A stretch of DNA of 24,000 nt from assembly GCA_965541615.1 (NCBI GenBank), contig CBEUCJ010000003.1:107830-131829 (forward strand). Reading direction: 5' to 3'. Position 1 is the first letter of the stretch. Every line of letters starts with the position of its first letter. The position numbers and the translations under genes were made by a program. The stretch is from an uncultured bacterium. Lineage in GTDB: Bacteria > Omnitrophota > Gorgyraeia > Duberdicusellales > CBEUCJ01. Positions 8,650 through 17,058 of the stretch are shown here, piece after piece. The notes below the pieces were generated by a model. That model was not told where the DNA came from and did not search any database. It saw only the letters and a list, made by a program, of their open reading frames with translations.

Positions 8650-9942
8650 TTAAATTCCTAACCTTTCATAAATTTTGGAGACATTCTTTAAGTATTCAGC
8701 TGGAGAAAAGATCTTTTGGATTTCCTTCTTCTTTAAGATCTTTTTTATTAATGGATGATTTAGAACTTCATTTTTAAAATCCTTATTTTCTCTTTGAACT
8801 TTAAAAGCTAACTCTTGTACTAAATCATAACTATCTTGGCGCTTTAAACCTTTTTCAGTGAGAGCTAACATCAATCTTTGAGAAAAAATTAAACCTTTAT
8901 TCAATTTTAGATTCTCTTTCATTTTTTTTGTATCTATCTCTAAATCTTTAACTATCTCTGTCATCTTTTGAGTCATATAAATTATTAGATGAAAAGTATC
9001 AGGGAATATTACTCTTTCTACAGAAGAATGAGAAATATCTCTCTCATGCCATAAAACTATATTTTGGAGACTTGCTTCTAAATAAGCTCTTATAAGTCTT
9101 GCCAAACCACACATTCTCTCACACAAAATAGGGTTTCTTTTATGAGGCATAGCAGATGATCCTTTTTGTCCTTTATAAAAAGGCTCAAACACCTCTCTAA
9201 CTTCTGTTCTCTGCAAGTGCCTAATCTCTGTAGCAAATCTTTCAAAACAACTTGCTAATATTGCTATGCAACTCAATAAATAACTAAATCTATCTCGAGG
9301 TATTACTTGAGTAGTTATAGAAGCAGGTTTAAGTCCTAGTTTTTTTAATACGTATTCTTCTACAGAAGGAGGTAAATGTGAGTAAGTTCCTACAGCTCCT
9401 GAAATCTTGCCTACACTTATTTCTTCTTTTACACTTTTCAAAAACTTTTGATTTCTTCTTATCTCATCTAAAAATAAAGCGAATTTCAATCCTAAAGAAT
9501 AAACCTCAGCGTGAATTCCGTGAGTTCTTCCCACACACAGAGTAAATTTATATTTTTTTGCCTTAGATTTAACGAGTAACGCTAATTCTTCTAAATGTTT
9601 TAATAATAAATTTAAACTCTCTTTTAATTGAATACATAAAGAAGTATCCAAAACATCGTTACTAGTTAAACCCCAATGAAAATATTTAGAATCTTTATTT
9701 AAATGAGAACAAACTTCAAGAACAAAAGCTACCACATCGTGATGAGTGGTTTTTTCTCTTTCTTTTATTCCATCCAAATTAAACTTAGCATTCTTTTTAA
9801 TTCTTTTTAGAACCTCCTTAGAGATTCTGCCCTCTTTACATAAGGCTTCTAAAACCAATAATTCTATTTTTAACATCAAATTAAACTTGTATTCAGCTGA
9901 CCAGATCTTTTCTATCTCTGGAATAGAATACCTCTTGATCAT
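8650..9942 (-). CDS. purB: Adenylosuccinate lyase
   Basis: MIKRYSIPEIEKIWS..., TTHHDVVAF, GLTSNDVLDT, GRTHGIHAEVYSLGLK, GSSAMPHKRNPI (lyase signature), HERDISHSSVERVIFPD. Confidence 0.96.
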   Translation of the reverse strand: MIKRYSIPEIEKIWSAEYKFNLMLKIELLVLEALCKEGRISKEVLKRIKKNAKFNLDGIKEREKTTHHDVVAFVLEVCSHLNKDSKYFHWGLTSNDVLDTSLCIQLKESLNLLLKHLEELALLVKSKAKKYKFTLCVGRTHGIHAEVYSLGLKFALFLDEIRRNQKFLKSVKEEISVGKISGAVGTYSHLPPSVEEYVLKKLGLKPASITTQVIPRDRFSYLLSCIAILASCFERFATEIRHLQRTEVREVFEPFYKGQKGSSAMPHKRNPILCERMCGLARLIRAYLEASLQNIVLWHERDISHSSVERVIFPDTFHLIIYMTQKMTEIVKDLEIDTKKMKENLKLNKGLIFSQRLMLALTEKGLKRQDSYDLVQELAFKVQRENKDFKNEVLNHPLIKKILKKKEIQKIFSPAEYLKNVSKIYERLGI

Positions 9943-9999
9943 AACGCTTTATATTATATCAATCTTATTCAACATAATGAATAAAGTTTTTATAACGAA

Positions 10000-10224
10000 T
10001 CAGAATACTTGCTCAACTCTCTTTATTTCAGGAATCTTTTCTTTCAACATCTTCTCGATCCAGAATTTTAAAGTATATGTACTCATAGGACAATGTCCAC
10101 AACTGCCTGTCAATCTTAATTTTACTATTCCTTCTTCATTTACATCTACTAACTCAACATCTCCTCCGTCTTTTTTTAAATAGGGTCTTATCTCCTCTAA
10201 AATTTTTTCTACTTTTTCTTTCAT
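10000..10224 (-). CDS. NifU-like C-terminal domain protein (Fe-S scaffold/carrier)
   Basis: 74 aa; [24 protein letters not shown]...[20 protein letters not shown] with CxxC; RBS AAGGAGG upstream. Confidence 0.9.
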   Translation of the reverse strand: MKEKVEKILEEIRPYLKKDGGDVELVDVNEEGIVKLRLTGSCGHCPMSTYTLKFWIEKMLKEKIPEIKRVEQVF

Positions 10225-10308
10225 AGTTTTGCCTCCTTATTTTTATTAACATCATATTATAAGTCTTTAAAATATTCAAATAATCTTTACTCTTTTAAGA
10301 TTAAAATT

Positions 10309-10314
10309 TATAAT
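10309..10314 (+). promoter_or_regulatory. Candidate -10 TATAAT for the 10323 ORF, with weaker -35 TTTACT at 10286-10291 (17-nt spacer)
   Basis: Exact TATAAT hexamer 8 nt upstream of the ORF start; no Shine-Dalgarno in between, suggesting a leaderless transcript. Confidence 0.45.
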
Positions 10315-10322
10315 TTAAAAAT

Positions 10323-10892
10323 ATGAAGAATAAATTTGTTATTGATACAAGTATATTTTTAAATGCTCAAACTTTCTTTCTTTTAGGCAAAACCCCTCAA
10401 GAAGCTTTTAAAAATTTCCTGCAAAAAATAAGTCATAAAAAAAGACTTCAATTCTTTATGCCTGTTTCTGTAAAAGAGGAGCTTTTAAAAATTTTAAATC
10501 CTATCTCTATAGATGAAAAATTGTTATTAAGAATGAATTGTGTCTCTCCAAAAAAATATGAATTGAAAGTCCCTGCCTTATTCTTATATGAATTCATAAA
10601 AGAAATGAGGATTAGAATAAACAAAGGGCTCAGAATAGCTGAAAAATTTACACGTAAAGGTCTTAAAAAGGAGGCTCCAGAAGAAAAACTTATAAAAGAC
10701 TTAAGAGATGAATTCAGAGAAGCTTTGAGAAAAGGTATAATAGATAGTTGTCAAGATGTAGATTTGTTATTGTTATCTAAACAATTAAAAGCTAGTTTGA
10801 TAACTGAAGACGAAGGACTAAAAGTTTGGGCAGATAAGTTAGGCATTAGAGTTTTAAATACCAAAGACCTAAAGAGACTATTAGAACTTTAA
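10323..10892 (+). CDS. UPF0278 family / 'RNA ligase partner' PIN-like domain protein
   Basis: KFVIDTSIFLN...FYMPVSVKEELLKIL...KVPALFLYEFIKEMRIRINKGLRIAEKF...LRDEFREALRKGIIDSCQDVDLLLLSKQL...LITEDEGLKVWADKLGIRVLN; layout matches the family as I remember it. Confidence 0.8.
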   Translation: MKNKFVIDTSIFLNAQTFFLLGKTPQEAFKNFLQKISHKKRLQFFMPVSVKEELLKILNPISIDEKLLLRMNCVSPKKYELKVPALFLYEFIKEMRIRINKGLRIAEKFTRKGLKKEAPEEKLIKDLRDEFREALRKGIIDSCQDVDLLLLSKQLKASLITEDEGLKVWADKLGIRVLNTKDLKRLLEL

Positions 10893-11833
10893 AGGAAATT
10901 GGAAACTATTTCTTTCGTTAGATCATGAAGGGTAACTATTCCAATAATTTTATTTCCTTTTACTACTGCACACATACTTTGTTTTCTTTCTTGCATCTTA
11001 GCAAATACTTCATCTAGCCTTTCGTTTCTACCTACTTTCATTATAGGCCTAATGTGAGATTGCCATTCGCCTCCTTTATAGAAATAATCAAAAATATTTA
11101 ACATTCCTATTAACTTTGTTTTCCTTACCACAGGATATCTTGTAAATTTATATTTTCTAACCTTATTTAAAACGGATTCTATTTTTTCACTGAATTCTAA
11201 ATAAACCACTTCAGAAATAGGTTTCATTACATCAGAAACACGCTTTTCACCAAAATCAAAAACATCTTCAATAGCTTGGGCTTCTTCTGATTCTAAAACA
11301 CCTTCTTTACGAATTTCTTTTACTAAATTGATTAAGTCTTGCCTTGTTAATTTAGAAAGAGATATCTTTTCTTTAACTATTTTCTTAGAAATAAACTCTG
11401 AGATTCTTTCCAAAACAAATACAAGAGGATTCAATAATTTTGAAAACAAATCCAAATATTTACTTCCTTTTAAAGAAATCTCTTGTGGTCTTAATCTTGC
11501 AATCCTTTTAGGAATTATCTCACAGAATATTAAAATCACAGGTGTTAAAATTAAAGTAGATATAAAAGCAGGATTCTTAACTTTAAGTCTAATGAGAATA
11601 TAAGTAAAAAATACAGAGATAATAATAATGCAAAGATTTGTTCCTACTAAAATGATTGAAAGAAATCTTGAAGGAGATTCTAAAAATTTTAAAGAGATTT
11701 CAGCTGGTTTTATTCCTTTTTCTTTTAAATACTTTAGTCTATAAATATTAGCTGAGATTAAAGCTGTCTCCATACCTGAAAAGAATCCTGCTAAACCTAT
11801 TAATAAAATTATTCCGATAAAAAAACCTATCAT
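10889..11833 (-). CDS. CNNM/HlyC-CorC-family membrane transporter (DUF21 + CBS pair), short form without the CorC_HlyC C-terminal domain
   Basis: N-terminal DUF21 (GFFSGMETALISANIYRLKYL), ELSEGEAQAI-like linker (VLESEEAQAIEDVFDFGEKRVSDVM), CBS domains; ends after the second CBS. Confidence 0.87.
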   Translation of the reverse strand: MIGFFIGIILLIGLAGFFSGMETALISANIYRLKYLKEKGIKPAEISLKFLESPSRFLSIILVGTNLCIIIISVFFTYILIRLKVKNPAFISTLILTPVILIFCEIIPKRIARLRPQEISLKGSKYLDLFSKLLNPLVFVLERISEFISKKIVKEKISLSKLTRQDLINLVKEIRKEGVLESEEAQAIEDVFDFGEKRVSDVMKPISEVVYLEFSEKIESVLNKVRKYKFTRYPVVRKTKLIGMLNIFDYFYKGGEWQSHIRPIMKVGRNERLDEVFAKMQERKQSMCAVVKGNKIIGIVTLHDLTKEIVSNFL

Positions 11834-13047
11834 AACTTTTTAATAATCACAGAAACTATTCTTTTTAAAGTGGCTTTCTCTATCTCAAATTCTATATTCT
11901 TGTATCTTACTTTTTCTCCTGTCTTTGGAATTCTTCCTAAAATATCCAGAATTAAACCTGCTATAGTGTCAAATTCTTCTTCAGGAAGATTTAATTTTAG
12001 CTTTTGATTTATTTCTTTTATTGAAGTCTTGCCACTAACTAAATAAACTTCTTCTTTTAATTTTCTTATAGGAACTTTTGGAAATTCAAATTCATCATAT
12101 ATTTCTCCAAATATCTCTTCTAAAATGTCTTCTAAGGTAACTAAACCAGCTGTGCCTCCATATTCATCTACGACTATGGCTATCCTTTCATTTTTAGAAT
12201 ATAATTCCTTTAACAATTCATCTATCTTCATACTTTCAGGCACAAATATAGGTTCTCTTATAAATTCTGTAAATTTTTTTTGAGGATTTAAAAATACATC
12301 TTTACTGTAAACTACTCCTATTATTTTATCTAAAGACTCTTCATAAATAGGTATTTTTGAAAATTTTACTTTTTTTAAAAATTGAATAAAATCTGATTGC
12401 TCCATATCGATGGGGGCTGCGTGGATATCTATTCTGGGAGTCATTATTTGAGAGACTTCAGTTTCAGTAAATTCTAAAAGTGATCTTATCATCTCTCTTT
12501 CCTTTTTATCCAATACCTTTTCTTTCTCACCTATTTCTATTAAAGCATCAAACTCATCTTCTGTTAAAGTAACGTCTGTTTTTTTCTTAACTGGTCTTAA
12601 AAAAATATCAGTCAAAGATTTCAATAAAGTCCTCACTGGAGAAAATAGATAAAAAGATATCAACAAAAATTGAGAAGAAAAAACGCTAAATTTGAAGGGA
12701 TTCTTTAAGGCTACAGATTTTGGTGTAATCTCTCCAAATATGAGTAATAAAAATGTAACTATTATTATAGAAAGTATTACTCCTTCTCCTTTTAGCAAAG
12801 GGACTAACATTTGAGTAGCTATACCAGAAAAATAAACATTAACTATCATATTTCCTATCAAGATTGTAATAAGGAGACTGTGAGGATCTTTAAGTAATCT
12901 TTTAATTCTCTTTGAACTTCTATATTTTGAGGTTAACTTTCTTAAAGAAACTTTACTTAAAGAAAAGTAAGCGGTCTCAGAGCCAGAATAAAGAGAGGAT
13001 AAAAACAAAAGTAAGATTAAAAGTAGTAAATTCAATATCAATAACAT
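11830..13047 (-). CDS. CNNM/HlyC-CorC-family transporter (DUF21 + CBS pair + CorC_HlyC domain)
   Basis: GSETAYFSLSKVSLRKL, REMIRSLLEFTETEVSQIMTPRIDI, IAIVVDEYGGTAGLVTLEDILEEIFGEI, C-terminal VSGKTSIKEINQKLKLNLPEEEFDTIAGLILDILGRIP. Confidence 0.92.
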   Translation of the reverse strand: MLLILNLLLLILLLFLSSLYSGSETAYFSLSKVSLRKLTSKYRSSKRIKRLLKDPHSLLITILIGNMIVNVYFSGIATQMLVPLLKGEGVILSIIIVTFLLLIFGEITPKSVALKNPFKFSVFSSQFLLISFYLFSPVRTLLKSLTDIFLRPVKKKTDVTLTEDEFDALIEIGEKEKVLDKKEREMIRSLLEFTETEVSQIMTPRIDIHAAPIDMEQSDFIQFLKKVKFSKIPIYEESLDKIIGVVYSKDVFLNPQKKFTEFIREPIFVPESMKIDELLKELYSKNERIAIVVDEYGGTAGLVTLEDILEEIFGEIYDEFEFPKVPIRKLKEEVYLVSGKTSIKEINQKLKLNLPEEEFDTIAGLILDILGRIPKTGEKVRYKNIEFEIEKATLKRIVSVIIKKL

Positions 13048-13050
13048 TAC

Positions 13051-15282
13051 CTAATATTTTAACAAACTAAAGAATATCAAAATATTTAAAAAAAATAACA
13101 AAATACAGACCCAAACTAATCCACATATAGGAATAAAGAAAATTGAAATCCCTAAAGCTCCAAAAGAAGAACCTAAGAGATCTACACTGTAAGTAACAGG
13201 TCCCCAGGATTCTGAATCTTTATATTCTTTAGTAAGTATTTTATTAGCTGTTATGTATTGAGCTGAACCTAAAAATCCGGCTGTAAAAGGCAATAGTAAA
13301 AATATAAATTTTTCAATAAAGAGATGTATAGAGATGTTTTTAAGAAAAAAGGTCAAAATGAGTAAAATTAAAGGATAAAAGCAAATACTCAATTGAATTT
13401 TTAAATAAGAAAAAAATAAATTTTTAAAATTTCTTTTTAAAAATAAATAACCTCCTACAAACAAACCTGTCATATAACTACCAAAAACTGCTCCTATCAT
13501 ATAATAGAGATATCCATATAAGATTTGAAAAAAGAGCAAGATAATTATCTGAAAACTCATTTCAGAAAATCCTGTAGCACATAAAGACATTAAAATCAAT
13601 TTTTTTCTATCAAAAAAGATAAAAGAGATTAAAAATACCCCTAAACTCAAAAATATAAATAACTTAAATAAAAAATTTCTATTTATCTTTTTGAAGACCT
13701 TTCTAAAAACATCTCTAAATTGCTGAGAAAAATATACTATATCTAACCAAAAACAAATTGGAACAAAATCTTTGTTTAAAAAAGTTAAACCAGCTTTTTC
13801 CAATCTTTCTTTAAGGTATGAAATCCTTTCTCCAGACAACCTTTGAAACAAATAAGCCTCATTTAAGTATCTAAGAGTTATCTTTTTCTGAGTTAATTTC
13901 TTAAAAATTTCTTCAGGTCTTTGAGAAAAAATTCCTTTTTGTGTACATCCAATAAAGATAGCATTTTGACCTGGATAGACTATTACTTCCTCAAAAATAG
14001 ATTCTAAAGTATTTTTTATAACACGAAGATATTCAGATAATTCTTTATTTATATAGTTCTCTTGAGAACTTAATTTAAAACTTATAATTCCAGGTATATT
14101 AAGAATTTTTTTTGCTTCTCTAAAGAACTCTTGAGTATAAAATCTATTAAAAGAAAGACTTACAGGCTCAGATATATTTAAAATAATGCAATCATACTTT
14201 GTACTTGCGTTTCTTACAAAATTTACTCCATCACCTATAAAGATATTTACTCTTTTATCTTCATAATACCTTTTAAATTTTGAATACTTTCTTATCAATT
14301 TAAGTTTTTGAACATCTAATTCTATGATATCTATCCTTTCTGGAGCATACTTTAATATTTCTCTTATCATCTGACCTCCCTTTGTTCCTATTAAGAGCAC
14401 TCTTTTAAGGATTGGTAACTGTGAAATTACCAAATGTATGATTTCAGATTCTAACCTTTGAGGAAGAGAAAAACTTAAGATCCCATTCTCTAAAAAACTT
14501 ATCTGTCTGTGTCTTTCTACTACTTGAATGTTAGAATATTTGGTATCTCTTAACTCTAAAATTCTGTATCCTGGTAAAAGCAAACTAAAAAATTTTACAT
14601 TTAATTTTGGACTCAAAAACAAAAGAAAAAAATAGATGCAAAGAAAAGTTACATTAAAAAGTAAAATTCTATTTTTTTTATTAAAAATTATGTTGTAAAC
14701 TGAAACTAAAATTGCCAAAAAAATGCATAAACTCAAAATCCCTATTTTCTGAATGATAATATATCCAAAAATTATTCCTCCTATAGCTGAACCTACTGAC
14801 TCTAAAAGATATGAAAAACCGATCTTTTTGTCTTTTTCTCTGTGAGGATAAACATAACAAGATAAACTAAAATTAACCCCTAAACTTAAGCACACTCCAC
14901 TTAAAATAATTAAACAAAAGCTTAAAATCTTACCTAAAGGTAAGATCTCTCCTAAAAGAGGAGAAAAATTTTTTCTCAAAAAAATACTCAAAATATAAGT
15001 AAGAATTAAAAGGATACTTAAAATAAATAGAGAAAAATTAAGAATATTAATTTTATTCTTAATTTTTTTAATGAAAAAATTTGCTAAAAAACTGCCTATA
15101 CCTGTCCATAACAACCATAAACTTAAAAAAATACCTGAGGCTAATTCATTTCCATAAAATAGAATAAAAGTTAATCTTAAAAGCACTACCTGAAAAGATA
15201 TAGAAATAACTCCTATAAGAACAGGAAATAATTTGAGAAGTTTATTTTTTAATAAAGACCGTGCTGAAGAGGACTCTTCCAT
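13051..15282 (-). CDS. Polytopic membrane protein with internal spermidine-synthase-like Rossmann methyltransferase domain
   Basis: 743 aa; hydrophobic N- and C-terminal thirds; central VERHRQISFLENGILSFSLPQ...RVLLIGTKGGQMIREILKY...DIIELDVQKL...YDCIILNISEPVSLSFNRFYTQEFFREAKKIL. Confidence 0.82.
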   Translation of the reverse strand: MEESSSARSLLKNKLLKLFPVLIGVISISFQVVLLRLTFILFYGNELASGIFLSLWLLWTGIGSFLANFFIKKIKNKINILNFSLFILSILLILTYILSIFLRKNFSPLLGEILPLGKILSFCLIILSGVCLSLGVNFSLSCYVYPHREKDKKIGFSYLLESVGSAIGGIIFGYIIIQKIGILSLCIFLAILVSVYNIIFNKKNRILLFNVTFLCIYFFLLFLSPKLNVKFFSLLLPGYRILELRDTKYSNIQVVERHRQISFLENGILSFSLPQRLESEIIHLVISQLPILKRVLLIGTKGGQMIREILKYAPERIDIIELDVQKLKLIRKYSKFKRYYEDKRVNIFIGDGVNFVRNASTKYDCIILNISEPVSLSFNRFYTQEFFREAKKILNIPGIISFKLSSQENYINKELSEYLRVIKNTLESIFEEVIVYPGQNAIFIGCTQKGIFSQRPEEIFKKLTQKKITLRYLNEAYLFQRLSGERISYLKERLEKAGLTFLNKDFVPICFWLDIVYFSQQFRDVFRKVFKKINRNFLFKLFIFLSLGVFLISFIFFDRKKLILMSLCATGFSEMSFQIIILLFFQILYGYLYYMIGAVFGSYMTGLFVGGYLFLKRNFKNLFFSYLKIQLSICFYPLILLILTFFLKNISIHLFIEKFIFLLLPFTAGFLGSAQYITANKILTKEYKDSESWGPVTYSVDLLGSSFGALGISIFFIPICGLVWVCILLFFLNILIFFSLLKY

Positions 15283-16304
15283 ATCCCAGGAATAGTGTTA
15301 TTGCAAAATTTACATTTACCTTCTTTATCTATGTTTATCTCTGAGACCATATATCCTAATCTTTTTATCAGAATATTTTTGCAATTAGGACAGTAAGTAT
15401 TCTCCAAAATGTGACCTGGAACATTTCCTATATACACATAATTTAAACCTTCTGATTTCGCAATTTCGCAAGCTTGTTCTAAAGTCTTTAAAGGAGTAGG
15501 AGGGATATTTCTTAATTTATACATAGGGTAAAATTTTGAAAAATGGATAGGAGTCTCAGGTCCTAAATTTTCTCTTATCCACTTGCACATCCTTCTAATA
15601 AGATGAGCAGAATCATTTAAATCTGGGATTACAAGATTTGTGATCTCTATCCATATACCTTCTTTCTTCATCACCTTTAAAGAATTTAATACTTCATCTA
15701 AATTACCTCCTACTATATTATGGTAAAAATTAGGATCGAATCCTTTTAAATCTACATTAGCTGCATCTATGAATTTGCAGAGTTCTCTTAAAGGTGCTTC
15801 GTTAATGTAACCATTTGTAACCATTAGATTCAGTATACCTTTTTCCTTCGCTAACTTTGCAGTCTCTAACATAAATTCATAAAATATGATTGGCTCTGAA
15901 TAAGTATAAGCTATTGTAGGAGCCTTATACTTTAAAGCTAACTTTACAACTTGAAGGGGTGTTAAAAATTTGGAACTAGCATCTTCTGGCCAGATTTGAG
16001 AAATATCTGAATTTTGGCAAAATTTGCAACTCAGATTACAACCTGGTGTAGCCAAAGAAAATGCTGTTTTTGAAGGTAAAACATGATAGAAGGGTTTTTT
16101 CTCGATTGGATCTTGATGGAGAGCAATAATTCTGCCATACACTAAAGTATAAAGTATACCTCTTCTATTCTCTCTAACTTTACATTTTCCTCTTTGAGCA
16201 TCATTCAACACACATTTAAAAGGACACAACAAACACTGCACAACTTCATCTGATAATTTTCTGTACCATTTAGCTTCTTTTATATACTCATTATATTCAC
16301 TCAT
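15249..16304 (-). CDS. amrS: AmmeMemoRadiSam-system-type radical SAM enzyme (PflA-activase-like)
   Basis: CLLCPFKCVLNDAQRGKCKVRENRRG, TPGCNLSCKFCQNSDISQ (CX3CX2C), APTIAYTYSEPIIFYEFMLETAKLAKEKG, NVDLKGFD, FHFSKFYPMYKLRNIPPTPLKTLEQA-like region. Confidence 0.9.
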   Translation of the reverse strand: MSEYNEYIKEAKWYRKLSDEVVQCLLCPFKCVLNDAQRGKCKVRENRRGILYTLVYGRIIALHQDPIEKKPFYHVLPSKTAFSLATPGCNLSCKFCQNSDISQIWPEDASSKFLTPLQVVKLALKYKAPTIAYTYSEPIIFYEFMLETAKLAKEKGILNLMVTNGYINEAPLRELCKFIDAANVDLKGFDPNFYHNIVGGNLDEVLNSLKVMKKEGIWIEITNLVIPDLNDSAHLIRRMCKWIRENLGPETPIHFSKFYPMYKLRNIPPTPLKTLEQACEIAKSEGLNYVYIGNVPGHILENTYCPNCKNILIKRLGYMVSEINIDKEGKCKFCNNTIPGIWKSPLQHGLY

Positions 16305-16306
16305 AA

Positions 16307-17053
16307 TTATTTCTGACTTAATTCACATTTATGACATTCTAAACACCTTATACATTCAGATTGAATTATATTTTTTTCAAGAGTTATTATCCCTTTAGGA
16401 CATTTCTGAATGCATATTTTACAATCTTTATTTTTGCATTTAAATATGTATTTAGTTAGAGAAAAATAACTTAAAATCTTAAAAAAGGCTCCTGTAAAAC
16501 AAAGATATCTGCACCAAAAGTAGGGGATAAAAAAATTTAAAATTAAAAGGATAAAAAACCATACTTTTTTTAGAAAAGAAGGTGGGAACTTAGAATATTT
16601 AAAAAATGGTTCTAACTCAACCATAGAATAATTCCCTTTGGAAATAAGAAATATCCCTATAGCTAAAAATAAAATTTTAAAATAGAAAAGGAAAATAAAT
16701 CTGCCTTGAAGAAAACTTAGAGGCATCTTAAAAAAATCTCTTATCTTTTTTAAATACCAGTTTATTATTCCAAAAGGGCAAATCCATCCACAAAAAAATC
16801 TTCCCCAAAATAAATGTGAAAAAAATGCTAATAAAAGAAAGATAAAAAATGATATTGAACTCATTAGGACTGAAAAATTCAACTTCAAAAGATAATAAAT
16901 ATGAACGATACTCACAAAGTATCCTAAGTATATTCCAAAAAATATGAAATTTATAAAGAGCAATAAGTTTCTTAAAGGGATTTTAAAATGATAAAAAAGA
17001 TAACTGCATAAAAATAAAGATACTATCAGAATACTCTTAGTTAATTCTTGCAT
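16307..17053 (-). CDS. NapH/polyferredoxin-like 4Fe-4S membrane protein
   Basis: Several TM segments; CGWICPFGIINW, CRYLCFTGAFF, C-terminal ferredoxin motifs CKDCKICIQKCPKG and CIRCLECHKC. Confidence 0.85.
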   Translation of the reverse strand: MQELTKSILIVSLFLCSYLFYHFKIPLRNLLLFINFIFFGIYLGYFVSIVHIYYLLKLNFSVLMSSISFFIFLLLAFFSHLFWGRFFCGWICPFGIINWYLKKIRDFFKMPLSFLQGRFIFLFYFKILFLAIGIFLISKGNYSMVELEPFFKYSKFPPSFLKKVWFFILLILNFFIPYFWCRYLCFTGAFFKILSYFSLTKYIFKCKNKDCKICIQKCPKGIITLEKNIIQSECIRCLECHKCELSQK

Positions 17054-17058
17054 TTTGA

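Noticed and set aside
9746-10183. 145-aa + strand ORF
   Set aside because: Lies antisense to the purB 5' end and most of the NifU-like gene, both well supported; no recognisable domain.
10225-10273. Possible leftward promoter for the NifU-like/purine operon (TATAAT at 10261-10256 on the - strand)
   Set aside because: A -10-like hexamer is present, but no convincing -35 at correct spacing (only TTATTT); too weak in such AT-rich sequence to list as a feature.
11328-11603. 91-aa + strand ORF
   Set aside because: Antisense inside a CNNM family gene.
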